In this document: positions 37,570 to 50,720 of the stretch, piece after piece
Layout of the letters: the number at the start of each line of letters is the position of its first letter
Position numbering within the stretch: the first letter of the stretch is position 1
Source of the DNA: Mustelus asterias
Taxonomy: Eukaryota
Direction: 5' to 3'
Length of the DNA stretch: 64,000 nt
Assembly: GCF_964213995.1 (NCBI RefSeq)
Contig: NC_135820.1
Coordinates: 3,596,001-3,660,000 of the forward strand
The notes under the pieces: generated by a model
The model's database searches: none
Seen by the model: the letters and a program-made list of their open reading frames with translations, nothing else
What the model was told of the DNA's origin: nothing
Made by a program: the position numbers and the translations under genes

Positions 37570-38135
37570 ATATATAAAAGCAGGAAGGCAATGCTGGAAT
37601 TGCACAAAATGTTAGTTAGGCCACAACTTGAGCTCTCTATGCAGTTCTGTCACCTCATTACAGAAAGGGTATAATTTCATTAGAGAGGGTACAGAGGAGA
37701 TTCACAAGGATGTTGCCACTCAGGACTGGGAAATTGCAGCTGGATGGAAGATCAGATAGGCTGGGGGTCTTCTCCTTGGAGGGCGAGGGGATATTGGATT
37801 GAGGTGCACAAAATTGTGAGGGGGTCTGGGTAGAATGGACGGTAAGTGCTTACTTACTTCAGGCAAGAGGTCAGTGACTGGGGGAGCAATGATTCAAAGT
37901 GATTGGTAGAAAGATTGGAGGGGAGATGAGGAAGTATTTTTCACCCAGGAGGATGTGGATGTCTGGAACTCAACGACTTGAAAGAGACAGAAACCTCTCA
38001 GTCTTATCTTAAAGGTGTCTGGATTTGTATCTAACCTGCAGGGCTATGGACCAAATGTGGGAAAGTGGGGCTTGGCTGGGGAGCTCATATCTCAGTCAGT
38101 GCACAGACGATGGGCTGAGTGGCTTTTCTGTGCTG
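37570..38135 (+). mobile_element. Degenerate CR1 3' fragment
   Basis: Nucleotide similarity to the RT C-terminal region of the other copies (ttaggccaca...gagagggtacagaggagattcacaaggatg). Confidence 0.7.
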
Positions 38136-39669
38136 TAAAAGGCAGCCAATGAGTCAAAGTTGATGGAAGTGCAAAATGTTTATATATATATTTCTATATA
38201 TATATATTTCTTTTTAACTGCAGTCACGTGTCTAACGGCACAGCGAATAGCAGCTTGCAAAATGACAATTGTGCGGGTGAGGTTGATTGGCGATGCTAAA
38301 TTGCCCCTTCGTGTTGGCACTTTTTAAGGGTACCATGATTAGCTTATCTCCGGCCCACTAACTGCTCTTCATCGACTTGGTCTCACACTTTAGATTGTGG
38401 GGAGCAGATTAGGTTGGCAGTTTCAATGCACTCTGTTCCTTCCGTCACAACTCTACACAGCCTTGGAAACAATACAGTTGTTTCGTGCACTTTATTTCAT
38501 CACCCCTCTCTTTGCCTCTTGTGTGACCAAATTTGGAAGTAAAGAAAGAAGCCTCATCATTTCTCAAGCGGATGGAAGTTTGGTCAGGTTTATATCCAGC
38601 CTACACCCCCTTTCTGGATGCCCAATGCCCCTGATTGTCAGCACTTCAACGCGATGGCACAGGGGTGACACGGTGGCAGAGTGGTTAACACTGCTGCCTC
38701 GCAGCTCCAGGGACCTGGGTTCGATTCCCAGCTTGGGTGATTGTTTGTGTGGAGTTTGCACATTCTCCCCGCGTCTGCATGTGTTTCCTCCGCATGCTCC
38801 GGTTTCCTCCCACAATCCAAACATGTGCGGGTGAGGTTGATTGGCGATGCTAAATTGCCCCTTCGTGCCCCGGGATGTGTAGGCTAGAGGGGTTAGCAGG
38901 GTAAATATGTGGAGTTATGGGGATAGGGGATAGTGATCAGTGCAGACCTGATGGGCCAAATGGCCTCTTTCTGCACTGTAGGGTTTCTATGACGATGACT
39001 CCACGACATTGATCGCATGATCCTGCCAGGAACTATTTCAGAGAAGTTGGGGAACTATTTAATCCCAGCTTAAAAGTTTTTGAAAAAGCTTTATTTATTA
39101 ATGTCACAAGCAGGCTGACATTAACACTGCAATGAAGTTACTGTGAAAATCCCCGAGTCACCACCTTCTCGCATACACTGAGGGAGAATTTAGCATGGCC
39201 AATGCACCTAACCAGCATGTCTTTCAGACTGTGGAGAGAACCCGGAGCACCCGGAGGAAACGCACGCAGACACAGGGAGAAGGTTCAGACTCCGCACAGT
39301 CAGTGACCCAAGCCGGGAATCGAACCCAAGTCCCTGGTCCTATACAGTAGCAGTGCTAACCACTGTGCCACCATGCCACCCAAGCTTTCAAAGAGGCGTT
39401 CGCAGTGTGGGTGGTATTAGTATTGGGGATGGGAGGCTGGGGCTGGCGATGGGGGCCGGGTCCCAATTCTCAGACTCCCCTTAACTGTCGCCTCGAGATG
39501 GTCCCAATAGAACCTCTCAAAATTATTCAGCACCCTGGTCAGAGAGGTTTTAGCGACATTGACATTTTATAGCCCATTTCTCAGTCCTCCTCAATCCACT
39601 GGGGGTCACGTTTTACAGGTAGTTAGGACATCATTCGCTAAGTTGAAAAGAAAACTCCTGTATCCAATT

Positions 39670-40400
39670 TTTCATTTGTTTTATTATTGTCACATGTATT
39701 AGGATCCAGTGAAAAGTATTTTTTGTTGCGCGTTATACAGACAAAGCATGCCATTCATAGAGTACATAGGGGAGAAGGAAATGAGAGAGTGCAGAATGTA
39801 GTGTTACAGACATAGCAAGGGTGTAGAGAAAGATCAACTTAATATATGGTAGGTCCATTCAGAAGTCTGATGGCAGCAGAGAAGAAACTGTTCTTGAGTT
39901 GATTGGTACGTGATCCCAGGCTTTTGTATCTTTTTCCCGACAGAAGAAGGTGGAAGAGGGTATGTCCAGGGTGCGTGGGGTCCTTGATTATACTGACTGC
40001 TTTTCCGAGGCAGCGTGAAGTGTAGATGGAGTCAGTAGATGGGAGGCTGGTTTGCGTGATGGACTGGGCTACGTTCACAATCCTTTGAGGTTATTTGCGG
40101 TCTTGGGCAGAGCAGGAGCCATACCAAGCGATGATACATCCGGAAAGCATGCTTTTTATGATGCATCTGTAAAAATTGGTGAGAGTTGTGGTGGACATGC
40201 AAAATTTCCTTAGTCTCCTGAGAAAGTAGAGACATTGATGGGTTTTCTGAACTATAGTGTCGGCGTGGAGGGACCAGGACAGATTGTTTGTGATCTGGAC
40301 ACCTAGAAACTTGAAGCTCTTGACCATTTCCACTTCATCCCTGTTGATGGAGACAGGGGCATGTTCTTCACTGCTCTTCCTGAAGCCAATGACTATCTCC
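39670..40400 (-). mobile_element. Rex1/Babar-like LINE 3' end
   Basis: ORFs 40091-40486 (FKFLGVQITNNLSWS...YFLRRLRKF) and 39839-40078. Confidence 0.8.
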
Positions 40401-41559
40401 TTCCTTTTAATTTCAGCTTCATTGGTGATTTGCAGACGGACCCCACTGAGGGTAAAGCTAATTGATCTCTGCGTGAAGATGCACAATTAAACGGGAAGCT
40501 TTCTGAAGGTGATTTACTCCAAACTCCAATGTTGCGAATACCAGTGAGTAACGTTATATGGAGAGACTGCAGAAGCTGGGTTGGCTCTCCCGACCATCAG
40601 GGAAATTAGAGATGGTGAAACTCTTTCTGGGTCCTCGTGGTGTTGTGGGTTGGATGGTGACACAATGGTATTGTCACTGGAGGGGCAACAATGTGGATTT
40701 TCTGTGTAACTTTTCTCTGGATCTATGGTCAGAGCTGAAGACAACAGGAAATATGATGAGGTTTCTACTGTTGTGGGGGAGTGGGGGAGGTGGAGCTGGA
40801 AAAGTGGGGCTGGGTAGAGGGCCAGTGATAAGTGGTGGCAAGGGAGCAACTGACAAAGACGTCCTGGACAACAAGACAAAGGGATTGCAAATGGTCGTGG
40901 TCATGGCTTGGAAGGGTGCTGATAGCCGCCATTAAGAGATCAGAATGTGGAAACAACAGAACAACGGTACGCAGTGTGACAAAGGACAATACAGTGGTAC
41001 AGTGGTTAGCACCACTACCTCACAGCGCCAGGGTCCCAGGTTCAAGTCCAGCCTCGGGTCACTGTCTGTGCGGAGTGTGCATGTTCTCCACGTGTCTGCG
41101 TGGGTTTCCTCCGGGCACTCCAGTTTCCTCCCACACTCCAAAGATGTGTAGGTTAGGTGGATTGGCCATGTTAAATTGCTCCTTAGTCTCCCAAAACATG
41201 TAGGTTCGGTGGATTTACTATGCTAACTTGCCACTTTGTATCCAATGATGTCTAGCTTTGGTGGATTGGCCATGCTGAATTGCCCCTTAGTGTCCAAAGA
41301 TGTGCAGGTTAGGTGGATTGGCCATGGTGAATGTTTAGAATTATGGTGATAGAGCGGGGTGTGGGCCTGTATAAGATGCTCTTTCTGAGAGGCAGGGCCG
41401 AATGGCCTTCTGCACTGCAGGCATTCAATGGTTCTTTGATACTTCCCTGAGCCTGGGAATCCAGGTCTGTCCCCCTCTCTGGCAAAACCCTGGATAACGG
41501 AAACAAGGCGATTGACATAATTCACAACAGGGAGGGGAAGGGGTGAGGGCTGAGGTGTG

Positions 41560-42770
41560 GGAGGTGTGTGTCTGAGTGTGAGTGTGTGTGAGTGTGAGTG
41601 TGTGTGTGTGTGTGTGAGTGCCAGTGTGTGTGTGTGAGTGAGTGTCAGTGTGTGTGTGTGTGTGTGAGTGTCAGTGTGTGTGTGTGTGAGTGTCAGTGTG
41701 TGTGTGTGTGAGTTTGCATGAGTGTGTGTATTTGTGAGNNNNNNNNNNNNNNNNNNNNNNNNNNNNNNNNNNNNNNNNNNNNNNNNNNNNNNNNNNNNNN
41801 NNNNNNNNNNNNNNNNNNNNNNNNNNNNNNNNNNNNNNNNNNNNNNNNNNNNNNNNNNNNNNNNNNNNNNNNNNNNNNNNNNNNNNNNNNNNNNNNNNNN
41901 NNNNNNNNNNNNNNNNNNNNNNNNNNNNNNNNNNNNNNNNNNNNNNNNNNNNNNNNNNNNNNNNNNNNNNNNNNNNNNNNNNNNNNNNNNNNNNNNNNNN
42001 NNNNNNNNNNNNNNNNNNNNNNNNNNNNNNNNNNNNNNNNNNNNNNNNNNNNNNNNNNNNNNNNNNNNNNNNNNNNNNNNNNNNNNNNNNNNNNNNNNNN
42101 NNNNNNNNNNNNNNNNNNNNNNNNNNNNNNNNNNNNNNNNNNNNNNNNNNNNNNNNNNNNNNNNNNNNNNNNNNNNNNNNNNNNNNNNNNNNNNNNNNNN
42201 NNNNNNNNNNNNNNNNNNNNNNGGTGTGTGTGTGAGAGTGTGTGCGAGTGTGAGTGTGTGTTTGAGTGTGTGTGTGTATGTGTGTGAGTGTGTGTTTGAG
42301 TGTGTGTGTATGCGAGTGCGTGTGCGTGAGTGTGTGTGTGCAAGAGTGTGTCAGTGTGTGTGAGTGAGTATGAGTGAATGTGAGTGTGTGTGTGTGTGAC
42401 TGTGTGTGTGGGTGTGTGTGAGTGTGTGCATTTGTGTATGAATGTGTGAGTGTGGGTGGGTGTGTATGTGGGTGTGGGTGTGTGTGTGAGTGTGTGTGTG
42501 TGTGAGTGTGAGTGTGTGTATGTGTGTGTGTGCGTGCGAGTGTGCGAGTGTTGGTGTGTGTGATTGTGTGTTTATGAGTGAGGGTGTGTGCGTCTGTGCG
42601 TGTGAGTGTGTGTGTGTGAGCATATGAGTGTGTGAGTGCATGTGTGCGAGTGTGCGAGTGTGGGTGTGTGTGAGTGAGGGTGTGTGTGTGTGAGTGTGTG
42701 TGTGTATGTGTGAGTGTGTGTGTGTGAGCATGTCTGTGTGTGTGTGAGAGAGTGTGGGTGTGTGAGAGTC
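41560..42770. repeat. Long (TG/TGAG)n microsatellite spanning an assembly gap
   Basis: Direct inspection. Confidence 0.95.
41739..42222. other. Assembly gap (N run)
   Basis: 484 N. Confidence 0.99.
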
Positions 42771-44523
42771 TATATAAAATGAAGATTAACAAATATGACA
42801 GTAACAGTCCATTTGGTCCCTTGTGTTTGCTTGTCGTTCATTTATCGATCTTTGAGCACAAACCTTAAACCCTTTAATGACATGAATCTTGGAGATTTCA
42901 TTATTCACTGGGTCCACCACGTTCTAGATGGTAGTGACTGTGGGTTTGGAAGGTGCTGCCTAAGGAGCCTTGGTGAGTCCCTGCAGTGCATCTTGTAGAC
43001 GGTACACATGGCTGCCACTGTGTGTCGGTGGTGGAGGGAGTGAATGTTTGTGGATGGGGTGCCAATCAAGCGGGGTTGCTTTGTCCTGGATGGTGTCTAG
43101 TCTTGAGTGTTGTGGAAAATTGTGCTATTGTGTGAAAATTCTGACCCGCAGTTGCAGTGGCAAAAATAAATTTCAAATGAAGTTCATATGCCCTTAATCG
43201 TAGAATTGTTACAGTGCAGAAGGAGGCCATTCGGCCCATCGTCCTGCAGCAGCTCACCAAATGAGCATCGTGACTTAGTGCCATCCCCCTGCCTTTCCCC
43301 ATATCCCTGCACGTTGCTTCTATTCAAATAATCATCTAATACTCTCTCAAATGCCTCGATTGAACCTTCCTCCACCACACTTCGAGGCAGAACATTCCAG
43401 AACCCAGCCGCTTGCTGTGTGAAAAAATAATGACTCACATCGCATTTGCTTCTTTTGCCAATAGCTTTAACATTGTGATGTGACTGTTCCTCGAGTTATC
43501 CTGGAAGAGTCAAGGAGGCAGCAGTTCACTGCAGAAATATTTGGCCCCTTTCACGTCCTCGGTCAGGGGAGAGTGTTTGAAGTCTCGTCACTTTGGCTGA
43601 ATAGGAATAGCAGAACTCTATTTTCCGGGCACTTGCTGCTTTCCCACGTCCCTACAGTTTTCCCCCCGAAATTCCATTATTTGCCCCATTGGGGTGGCAG
43701 GGTGGCACAGTGGTTAGCACTGCTGCCTCACAGCGCCAGGTACTTGGGTTCAATTCCAACCTCGGGTGACTATCTGTGCGGAGTTCTCCCCATGTCTGGG
43801 TGGGTTTCCTTCGGGTGCTCCAGTTTCCTCCCACACTCCAAAGATGTGCAGGTTAGGTTGATTGGCCATGCGAAATTGATCCTAGTGTCAGGGGGATTGG
43901 CAGGGTAAATATGTGGGGTTACGGGAATAGGGCCTGGGTGGGATTGTGGTCGGTGCAGACTTGATAGGCCGAATGGCCTCCTTCTGCACAGTGGGAATTC
44001 TAAGATTCTATGTGTGCTGGATAATGAAGTGATGCCCCATCAGTTGCATATGTCGCGGCTGCTCTCTGCTGCAGGAGGAAGGATTGGAAATGTACCCCAG
44101 AGACTGAGAGAATGTTGCCCACTTTACCAGCAGAGCCTTGTCTCAGTGTGGCTGCACTTGTGTTCGCTTCAAAGAAACCTGTGCAGGAATCGCTGGGAGA
44201 AATGATTCTCCAACGCCGGTATCTCATCACAGTATTCTCCGGCCTCACCTGCGGCTGGGATTCTCCAGACCCGCTGCTGTGGACAGGGATTTGGCTGAGT
44301 GCCAAATTTTCCATTCCCGCTGGCAGCGGACCAGAGAATTCTGGTCAGTGATACCGCCACGGTTTAGAATGTCCCTTTTACGGATGCTGCTGGAGTAATT
44401 CCGTGCAGTTGCACTTTCTAAACTGTTTCGGATTTGCTGGTTTAATGAGAGTTTGATCCGGATTGAGAGTAATCCGGCTCCAAGAATGTTTCCTAATGGC
44501 CTCAATGCTTGTTGTTCTTGCAG

Positions 44524-44853
44524 TTGCTGCCAGTGACCAGGTTACAGGTGTGACACTCACTGCTTTTGCTGGGGCGAGGGTGCTGCTCCCGTGCCAGGGA
44601 ACAGGATACAACACAACATTGGTGTACGTTGCCTGGAAGAAGGAGACTGAAGAGAATGATATCGCTGTGTACAGCCCTCGGAACGGGACAAGCATCCCAA
44701 ATCCACAATATTCCAGTCGCATAGTTTTCAGAAACAATTCCCCGTTGGATGGATCCATTGTATTAAATTATTTGGAAATGCAGGATGAGGGAATGTATAT
44801 TTGTGAGCTCTCTTTATTCCCTCAGAGAATACAAAGGAAAACCATGAATTTGA
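44524..44853 (+). CDS. Gene B IgV exon, 5' part ([10 protein letters not shown]...AVYSPRNG...[15 protein letters not shown]...MNL)
   Basis: Acceptor cttgttgttcttgcag; AX6G motif (AVYSPRNG); 71/113 aa identical to gene A IgV by manual alignment. Confidence 0.88.
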
Positions 44854-45927
44854 ATCGGAGACAGAGGGTAGACAGAGGGTAGTGGTCGAAGGGTCTTTTT
44901 CCGGCTGGAGGTCTGTGACCAGTGGTGTTCCGCAGGGCTCTGTACTGGGACCTCTGCTATTTGTGATATATATATATGATTTGGAAGAAGGTGTAACTGG
45001 TGTAATCAGCAAGTTTGCGGATGACACGAAGATGGCTGGACTTGCGGATAGCGAAGAGCATTGTCGGGCACTCTCTACAGCAGGATATAGATAGGCTGGA
45101 AAATTGGGCGGAGAGGTGGCAGCTGGAATTTAATCCGGATAAATACGAAGTGATGCATTTTGGAAGAAATAATGTCGGGAGGAGGTATACAATAAATGGC
45201 AGAGTCATCAGGAGTATAGAAACACAGAGGGACCGAGGTGTGCAAGTCCACAAATCCTTGAAGGTGGCAACACAGGTGGAGAAGGTGGTGAAGAAGGCAT
45301 ATGGTATGCTTGCCTTTATAGGACGGGGTATAGAGTATAAAAGCTGGAGTCTGGTGATGCAGCTGTATAGAACACTGGTAAGGCCACATTTGGAGTACTG
45401 CGTCCAGTTCTGGTCGCCGCACTACCAGAAGGACGTGGTGGCATTAGAGAGAGTGCAGAGAAGGTTTACCAGGATGTTGCCTGGTATGGAGGGTCTTAGC
45501 TATGAGGAGAGATTGGGTAAACTGGGGTTGTTCTCCCTGGAAAGACGGAGAATGAGGGGAGATCTAATAGAGGTGTATAAGATTATGAAGGGGAGAGATA
45601 GGGTGAACGGTGGGAAGCTTTTTCCCAGATCAGAAGTGACGTTCACGAGTGGTCACGGGCTCAAGGTGAGAGGGGCGAAGTATAACTCAGATATTAGAGG
45701 GATGTTTTTTACATAGAGGGTGGTGGGGGCCTGGAATGCGCTGCCAAGTAGGGTGGTGGAGGCAGGCACGCTGACATCGTTTAAGACTTACCTGGATAGT
45801 CACATGAGCAGCCTGGGAATGGAGGGATACAAACGATTGGTTTAGTTGGACCAAGGAGCGGCACAGGCTTGGAGGGCCGAAGGGCCTGTTTCCTGTGCTG
45901 TACTGTTCTTTGTACTGTTCTTTGTTC
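44854..45927 (+). mobile_element. CR1 LINE inserted in the gene B IgV exon, TTTGA target-site duplication
   Basis: RT fragments 44882-45094 and 45015-45716, 3' tail (ctgttctttg)n; TTTGA at 44849-44853 and 45928-45932. Confidence 0.92.
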
Positions 45928-45932
45928 TTTGA

Positions 45933-45941
45933 CAGTTGTAG
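45933..45941 (+). CDS. Gene B IgV exon, displaced last 9 nt, followed by the original donor
   Basis: cagttgtag|gtatgtattttcccagg matches gene A cagttctag|gtatgtattttcccagg; 330+9 = 339 nt. Confidence 0.85.
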   Translation, partial: QL

Positions 45942-47299
45942 GTATGTATTTTCCCAGGAGCATTGTTGATGCGTGGGGGTAAGTGTAATAATCATGCAGA
46001 GGATGGGGGGATGGGGGTGGGGTGGAGGGGAGATGGGTGTGGGCGGGTTGGGGTGGGGGATGGGGCAGTGTATTGGATTGTGCATCCAGGTGAAAACTTA
46101 ATACCTCTGCAATCATCACCAGAATATTGCTGCATCATTCTGATGTTTGAATCCAGCCACATTCTAGCTCATATTTGTATCAGAGAGGTTTTAATTAAAT
46201 ATCTGTTTCGTGGCTGCGAAGTGGTTGTGAGTGGAAGCTGGGAGGGCGGCACAGTGGCACAGTGGTTAGCACTGCTGCCTCACAGCGCCAGGGACCCAGG
46301 TTCAATTGCTGGCTTGGGCCACTGTCTGTGCGGAGTCTGCACGTTCTCCTCCTGTCTGTGTGGGTTTACTCCGGGTGCTCCGGTTTCCTCCCACAGTCCG
46401 AAAGACGTGCTGGTTAGGTGCATTGGCCATGCTAAATTCTCCCTCAGTGTCCCAAACAAGCGCCGGAGTGCGGCGACTAGGGGATTTTCACAGTAACTTC
46501 ATTGCAATGTTAATGTCAGCCTATTTGTGACCAATAGTTAACTTCAGGATTATATTAAAATGGATTGATTCGGCTTCTCCCATTACTGGGACTGACATTC
46601 TGCAACAGAAATGTGCGAGTACGCTTTATTCCCTGTGGGAATACACAGGAAAATGGTGACTGTAAGGACTTTAGGTGTGTATTCCCCCTGGATCATTGAA
46701 GGTTTATCTGTGGTGACGCCTAATAATCCTGTATTGGTGTTGGGGATGTGGATGACACAAAAATAAGTGGGAAGGTAAGTTGTGGCACAGTGGTTAGCAC
46801 TGCTGCCTCACAGCTCCAGGGACATGGGTTTGATTCCCGGCTTGGGTCGCTGTCTGCGTGGGTTTTCTCCGGGTGCTCCGGTTTCTTTTCACAGTCCAAA
46901 GATGTGCGGGTCAGGTTGATTGGTCACGCCATATTGCCCACAGTATCCTGGGATGTGTAGGTTAGAGGGATTAGCAGGGTAAATTTGTGGGGATAGGGGC
47001 TGGAGTGGGATTGTTGTCAATGCAGACTTAATGGGCTGAATGGCCTCCTTCTGCACTGCAGGGATTCTAATTCTATGTGGGATGAATGCTGGATCATTGA
47101 CACTGAAGTGAATTCGTCCCCCCTGCAGTTATCAACAACTACAGGTGTTGCACATTTCCAATTCTTCATTCCAAGTCAGTTTTAGCCCCCATGCTCAGTT
47201 TTAGCACAGGGTCATTAATGCGATACTTGACTATTCTCTGCTCAGCGGTCATGTATGAAGCTTTCACTGAAAGGAAGGTTGTGAGTGTTACACCAAGAT

Positions 47300-49040
47300 G
47301 ATGAAAGTTCATTATATCCACCTTCTCCCACTATGGAGAGCCGCAGTCTGCAATGTAACTGGAGGAGTGTCACTGGGATCAATGCTGGGGCCACAGTCAT
47401 TTACATTAAATATTAATGACTTGCAAGAGGGAAGTGAACAGACTAATGCCAAGATTGCAAATTACACATAAATAGGTGGGAAGGCAAGTGCTGAGGACGG
47501 CACAAAGGCCGAATTCTCCAGCAGGATTTTCCAGTCCCATCGGCAGCCCACCCTCGCCTGCGGGTTTCCCACCGGGGTGGGGGGGGGGGGGGGGTGGTGG
47601 GTGCGGTGACATCAATGGGAATTCCCATTGACGCGGGGTGGGGGGGTGGGGGGGCGGAGGGCAGAGAATCTCGCCAATATCAGACAACATGCCATCTCCC
47701 ACCCACGGGAAACATGCGGCTGGGAGGCCAATGAATCTCAGCCATTTTGTCTACAGAGGGATATAAACAGGTTAAGTGAGTGGGCAAAATAAACTTGGCT
47801 GATAGATTATAATGTGGGAAAGTATGAAGTTATGCACTTTGGTAGGAAGAATAAAGGAGCTTAATATTATTTAAATGGAGAAAGACTGCAGAAAGCTGCA
47901 GTGCAGAGGGATCTGGAAGTCCTAGTGCATAAATCACAAAAAGCTGGCATGCAAGTTGAGCAGGTAATAGAGGAGCAAATGGAATGTTAGCCTTTATTTC
48001 AAAGGGAATAGAGTATAAAAATAGGGAAGTCTTGCTAAAACTGTACAAGGCATTAGTTAGACCACACCTGGAATACTGGGAACTGTTCTGGTCCCCTTAT
48101 CTAAGGAAATATATACTGGCATTGGAGGCAATCCAGAGAAAGTTCACGAGGTTGATCCCGGGTTTGGAGGGATTTTCTTATGAGGAGAGGTTGAGTAGGT
48201 TGAGCCTGTACTCATTGGAGTTTAGAAGATTGAGAGGTGACCTTATTGAGACATATAGGGGGCGATTCTCCCATTCCGACACGCCAATTTTTTGGCCAGT
48301 TGGGTCGGGAGATGCGGGAATGTGCCGATTCATGGGATTCACGCATGCGTTCCCAACTCACGCGCACCTCCCACCGTCGGATATACGTGCCGTCAGGACC
48401 ACACAGGAAACCGGCGGGAACACCAGGTAAGTTATTTTAGTCTATTTTTAATGTGATTCAAATGTGATTATCGGGCCGGGGACTGAATTCTCCAGGCCCG
48501 ATAGCATCTCCCACCCTGCCAGTACAAATTCGTTTCGGCAGGGTTTTGAGTAGCTCCCCATTTTCAGGGAACTAGTGGGAGACCACGCTGGGGTGAAGAG
48601 GGGGCAATCGGGGTCTCCCAGGGGGTTCGGGTGGCAGGGAGTGGTGCCCCCTGTGCATGGGCGCCCTGACAGTGTCAGCCTGTGCCTGCTGGCAATGTCC
48701 TAGGGGAAAAGTGCCCATGCTGAGGGGGCACCTTTGCACTGCCCACCGAGCATTGGGTCCTGGGCTGGCCAGCGATCGAGCTGGCCAGCAAACTGCCGGC
48801 TGGCTGTTCGGGGCCACTGCACATGTGCAGAGTTCCGGAATTGTCAGACTCTGGCGTTTAGGATCAGAGGGCATAATCTCAGAGTAAAAGGTCACCGTTG
48901 AAGACACAGAAGAGAAGGAATTTCTTCTCTCAGAGGGAAGTGAATCTGGGGAATTCTTTCCCGCAGAGGGCTGTAGAGGCTGGGTCATTAATGTTCAAGG
49001 CTGAGATAGACAGATTGTTAATACTGAGGGTAAAGGGTGT
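47300..49040 (+). mobile_element. Degenerate CR1 interrupted by MITE-like inserts (47508-47745, 48258-48850)
   Basis: ORF 47984-48430 is RT C-terminal sequence; homology resumes at about 48870. Confidence 0.75.
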
Positions 49041-49299
49041 TTCTAAATTGAAAGCAATCACACTACTTATTATATTCCTGCTCATTCCTTATGTTTTTCC
49101 AATGTCTCCTTCCCTCTTTTCTCACTTTCCCACTTTGTTTCTCTCTCTTCCTATAACATATCCATCATACCATTGGGCTATTTGACATTTGGGGACGTAG
49201 AAATATTCATCTGTTTCATGTTTCTGCTCTATATTAATTACAAGATATTGTCATGTTTGAAACTGACATTGAAGCTATTTCTTGTTAATCTCCCCCAAG

Positions 49300-49593
49300 T
49301 AAATCCCAGGAACACAGCGACATCAATTCCTGCAACAGTTGTCCTTTCAGAAGTGCTTGTGGCAAAATGTATTCCAGCCAATGGGAACGCTCCAGCCGAG
49401 ATCAGTTGGATTGCCAATCTCCATGGAAACTATACCACAATCCAGAATAAAAGCGACAATGGAACAACAACTGTCACCAGCCTGTACAAGGTGGCACCCA
49501 CTCGATCCATTGATGATCAAGAAGTGACTTGTGTTATCTCCCACCCAGCATCACAGAGCACCATTCCGTTCACAATGGAACTATCCATCCTCT
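49300..49593 (+). CDS. Gene B second Ig-domain exon (VNPRNTATS...CIPANGNAPAEISW...LSIL), intact
   Basis: 294 nt, same splice sites as gene A exon 3; 76/98 aa identical. Confidence 0.88.
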
Positions 49594-49929
49594 GTAAGTC
49601 CCCTGTACAAAGACAAATAGTTCAATCCAATTATAGACGCACTACAGCAAACTCCTGCTCAATTGGAACAGGATTAAATTTATCTCATTGAGTTTCTGGG
49701 TATCTGCAATGACAGGGTTTCTGGGAGGTTCGGAACGAGCGGTTTTGTTTGATTTCACCACCTGTCCATTTGTAAACCCCAACTGAATATATTAAATAAG
49801 TCAAAGACTAACATATTGTTCCAGAGCACAGATTTAAGCAATTATCTGGTGGATGTACAGTTATTAAAATAACTTGTTTGCAGAAATTCGAGATTATTTT
49901 AACTTTGGCCAATTTGGTTCCATGAATAG

Positions 49930-50720
49930 TGGCGAGTAACATTCACGCCACACAAATGCCAGGCAATGACCATCACCAATAAGAGACACTCTAACCACCA
50001 CCCCTTGACATTCAATGGTGTTACCATCACTGAATCCCCCACTGTCAACATCCTTGGGGTTACCATTGACCAGAAACTCAACTGGACTCATCACATAAAC
50101 ACAGTGGCTACAAGAGCAGGTCAGAAGTTGGGAATACTGCAACGGTTAACTCACCTCCTGACTCCCCAAAGCCTATCCATCATCTACAAGGCATAAGTCA
50201 GGAGTGTGATAGAATACTCCCCACTTGCTTGGAAGGCTTGCAGCTCCAACAACGCTCAAGAAGCTCAACACCATCCAGGACAAAGCAGCCCCGCTTGATT
50301 GGCACCACATCTACAAACATTCAATCCCTCTATCACCGATGCTCAGTCGCAGCAGTGTGTACTGTCTACGAGATGCACTGCAGCAATTCACTGAAGATCC
50401 TTAGACTGCACCTTCCAAACACACGACCACTTCCACCTAGAACGATAAGGGCAGCAGATACATGGGAACACCACCATCTGCAATTTCCCCTCCAAGCCAC
50501 TCACATTCCTGACTTGGAAATATATCACCGTTCCTTTGCAGTCGCCGGGTCAAAATCCTGGGATCCCCTCCCTAATGGCATTGTGGGTCAACCCACAGAA
50601 ATGGACTGCAGCGATTCAAGAAGTTAGCTCACAACCACTTTCTCAATGGGCAACTAGGGATGGACAATAAATGCTGGCCAGCCAGCGACGCCCGTGTCCC
50701 ATGAATGAATTAAAAAAATG
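49930..50720 (+). mobile_element. CR1/L2-group LINE 3' end, partner of SINE family 2
   Basis: ORF 49966-50196 (LGVTIDQKLNWTHHI); 3' end gggcaactagggatgg...ataaatgctggcc is shared with the SINEs. Confidence 0.75.

Noticed and set aside
41671-42792. Long His/Thr-rich ORFs
   Set aside because: Translation of a (CA)n microsatellite and an N gap
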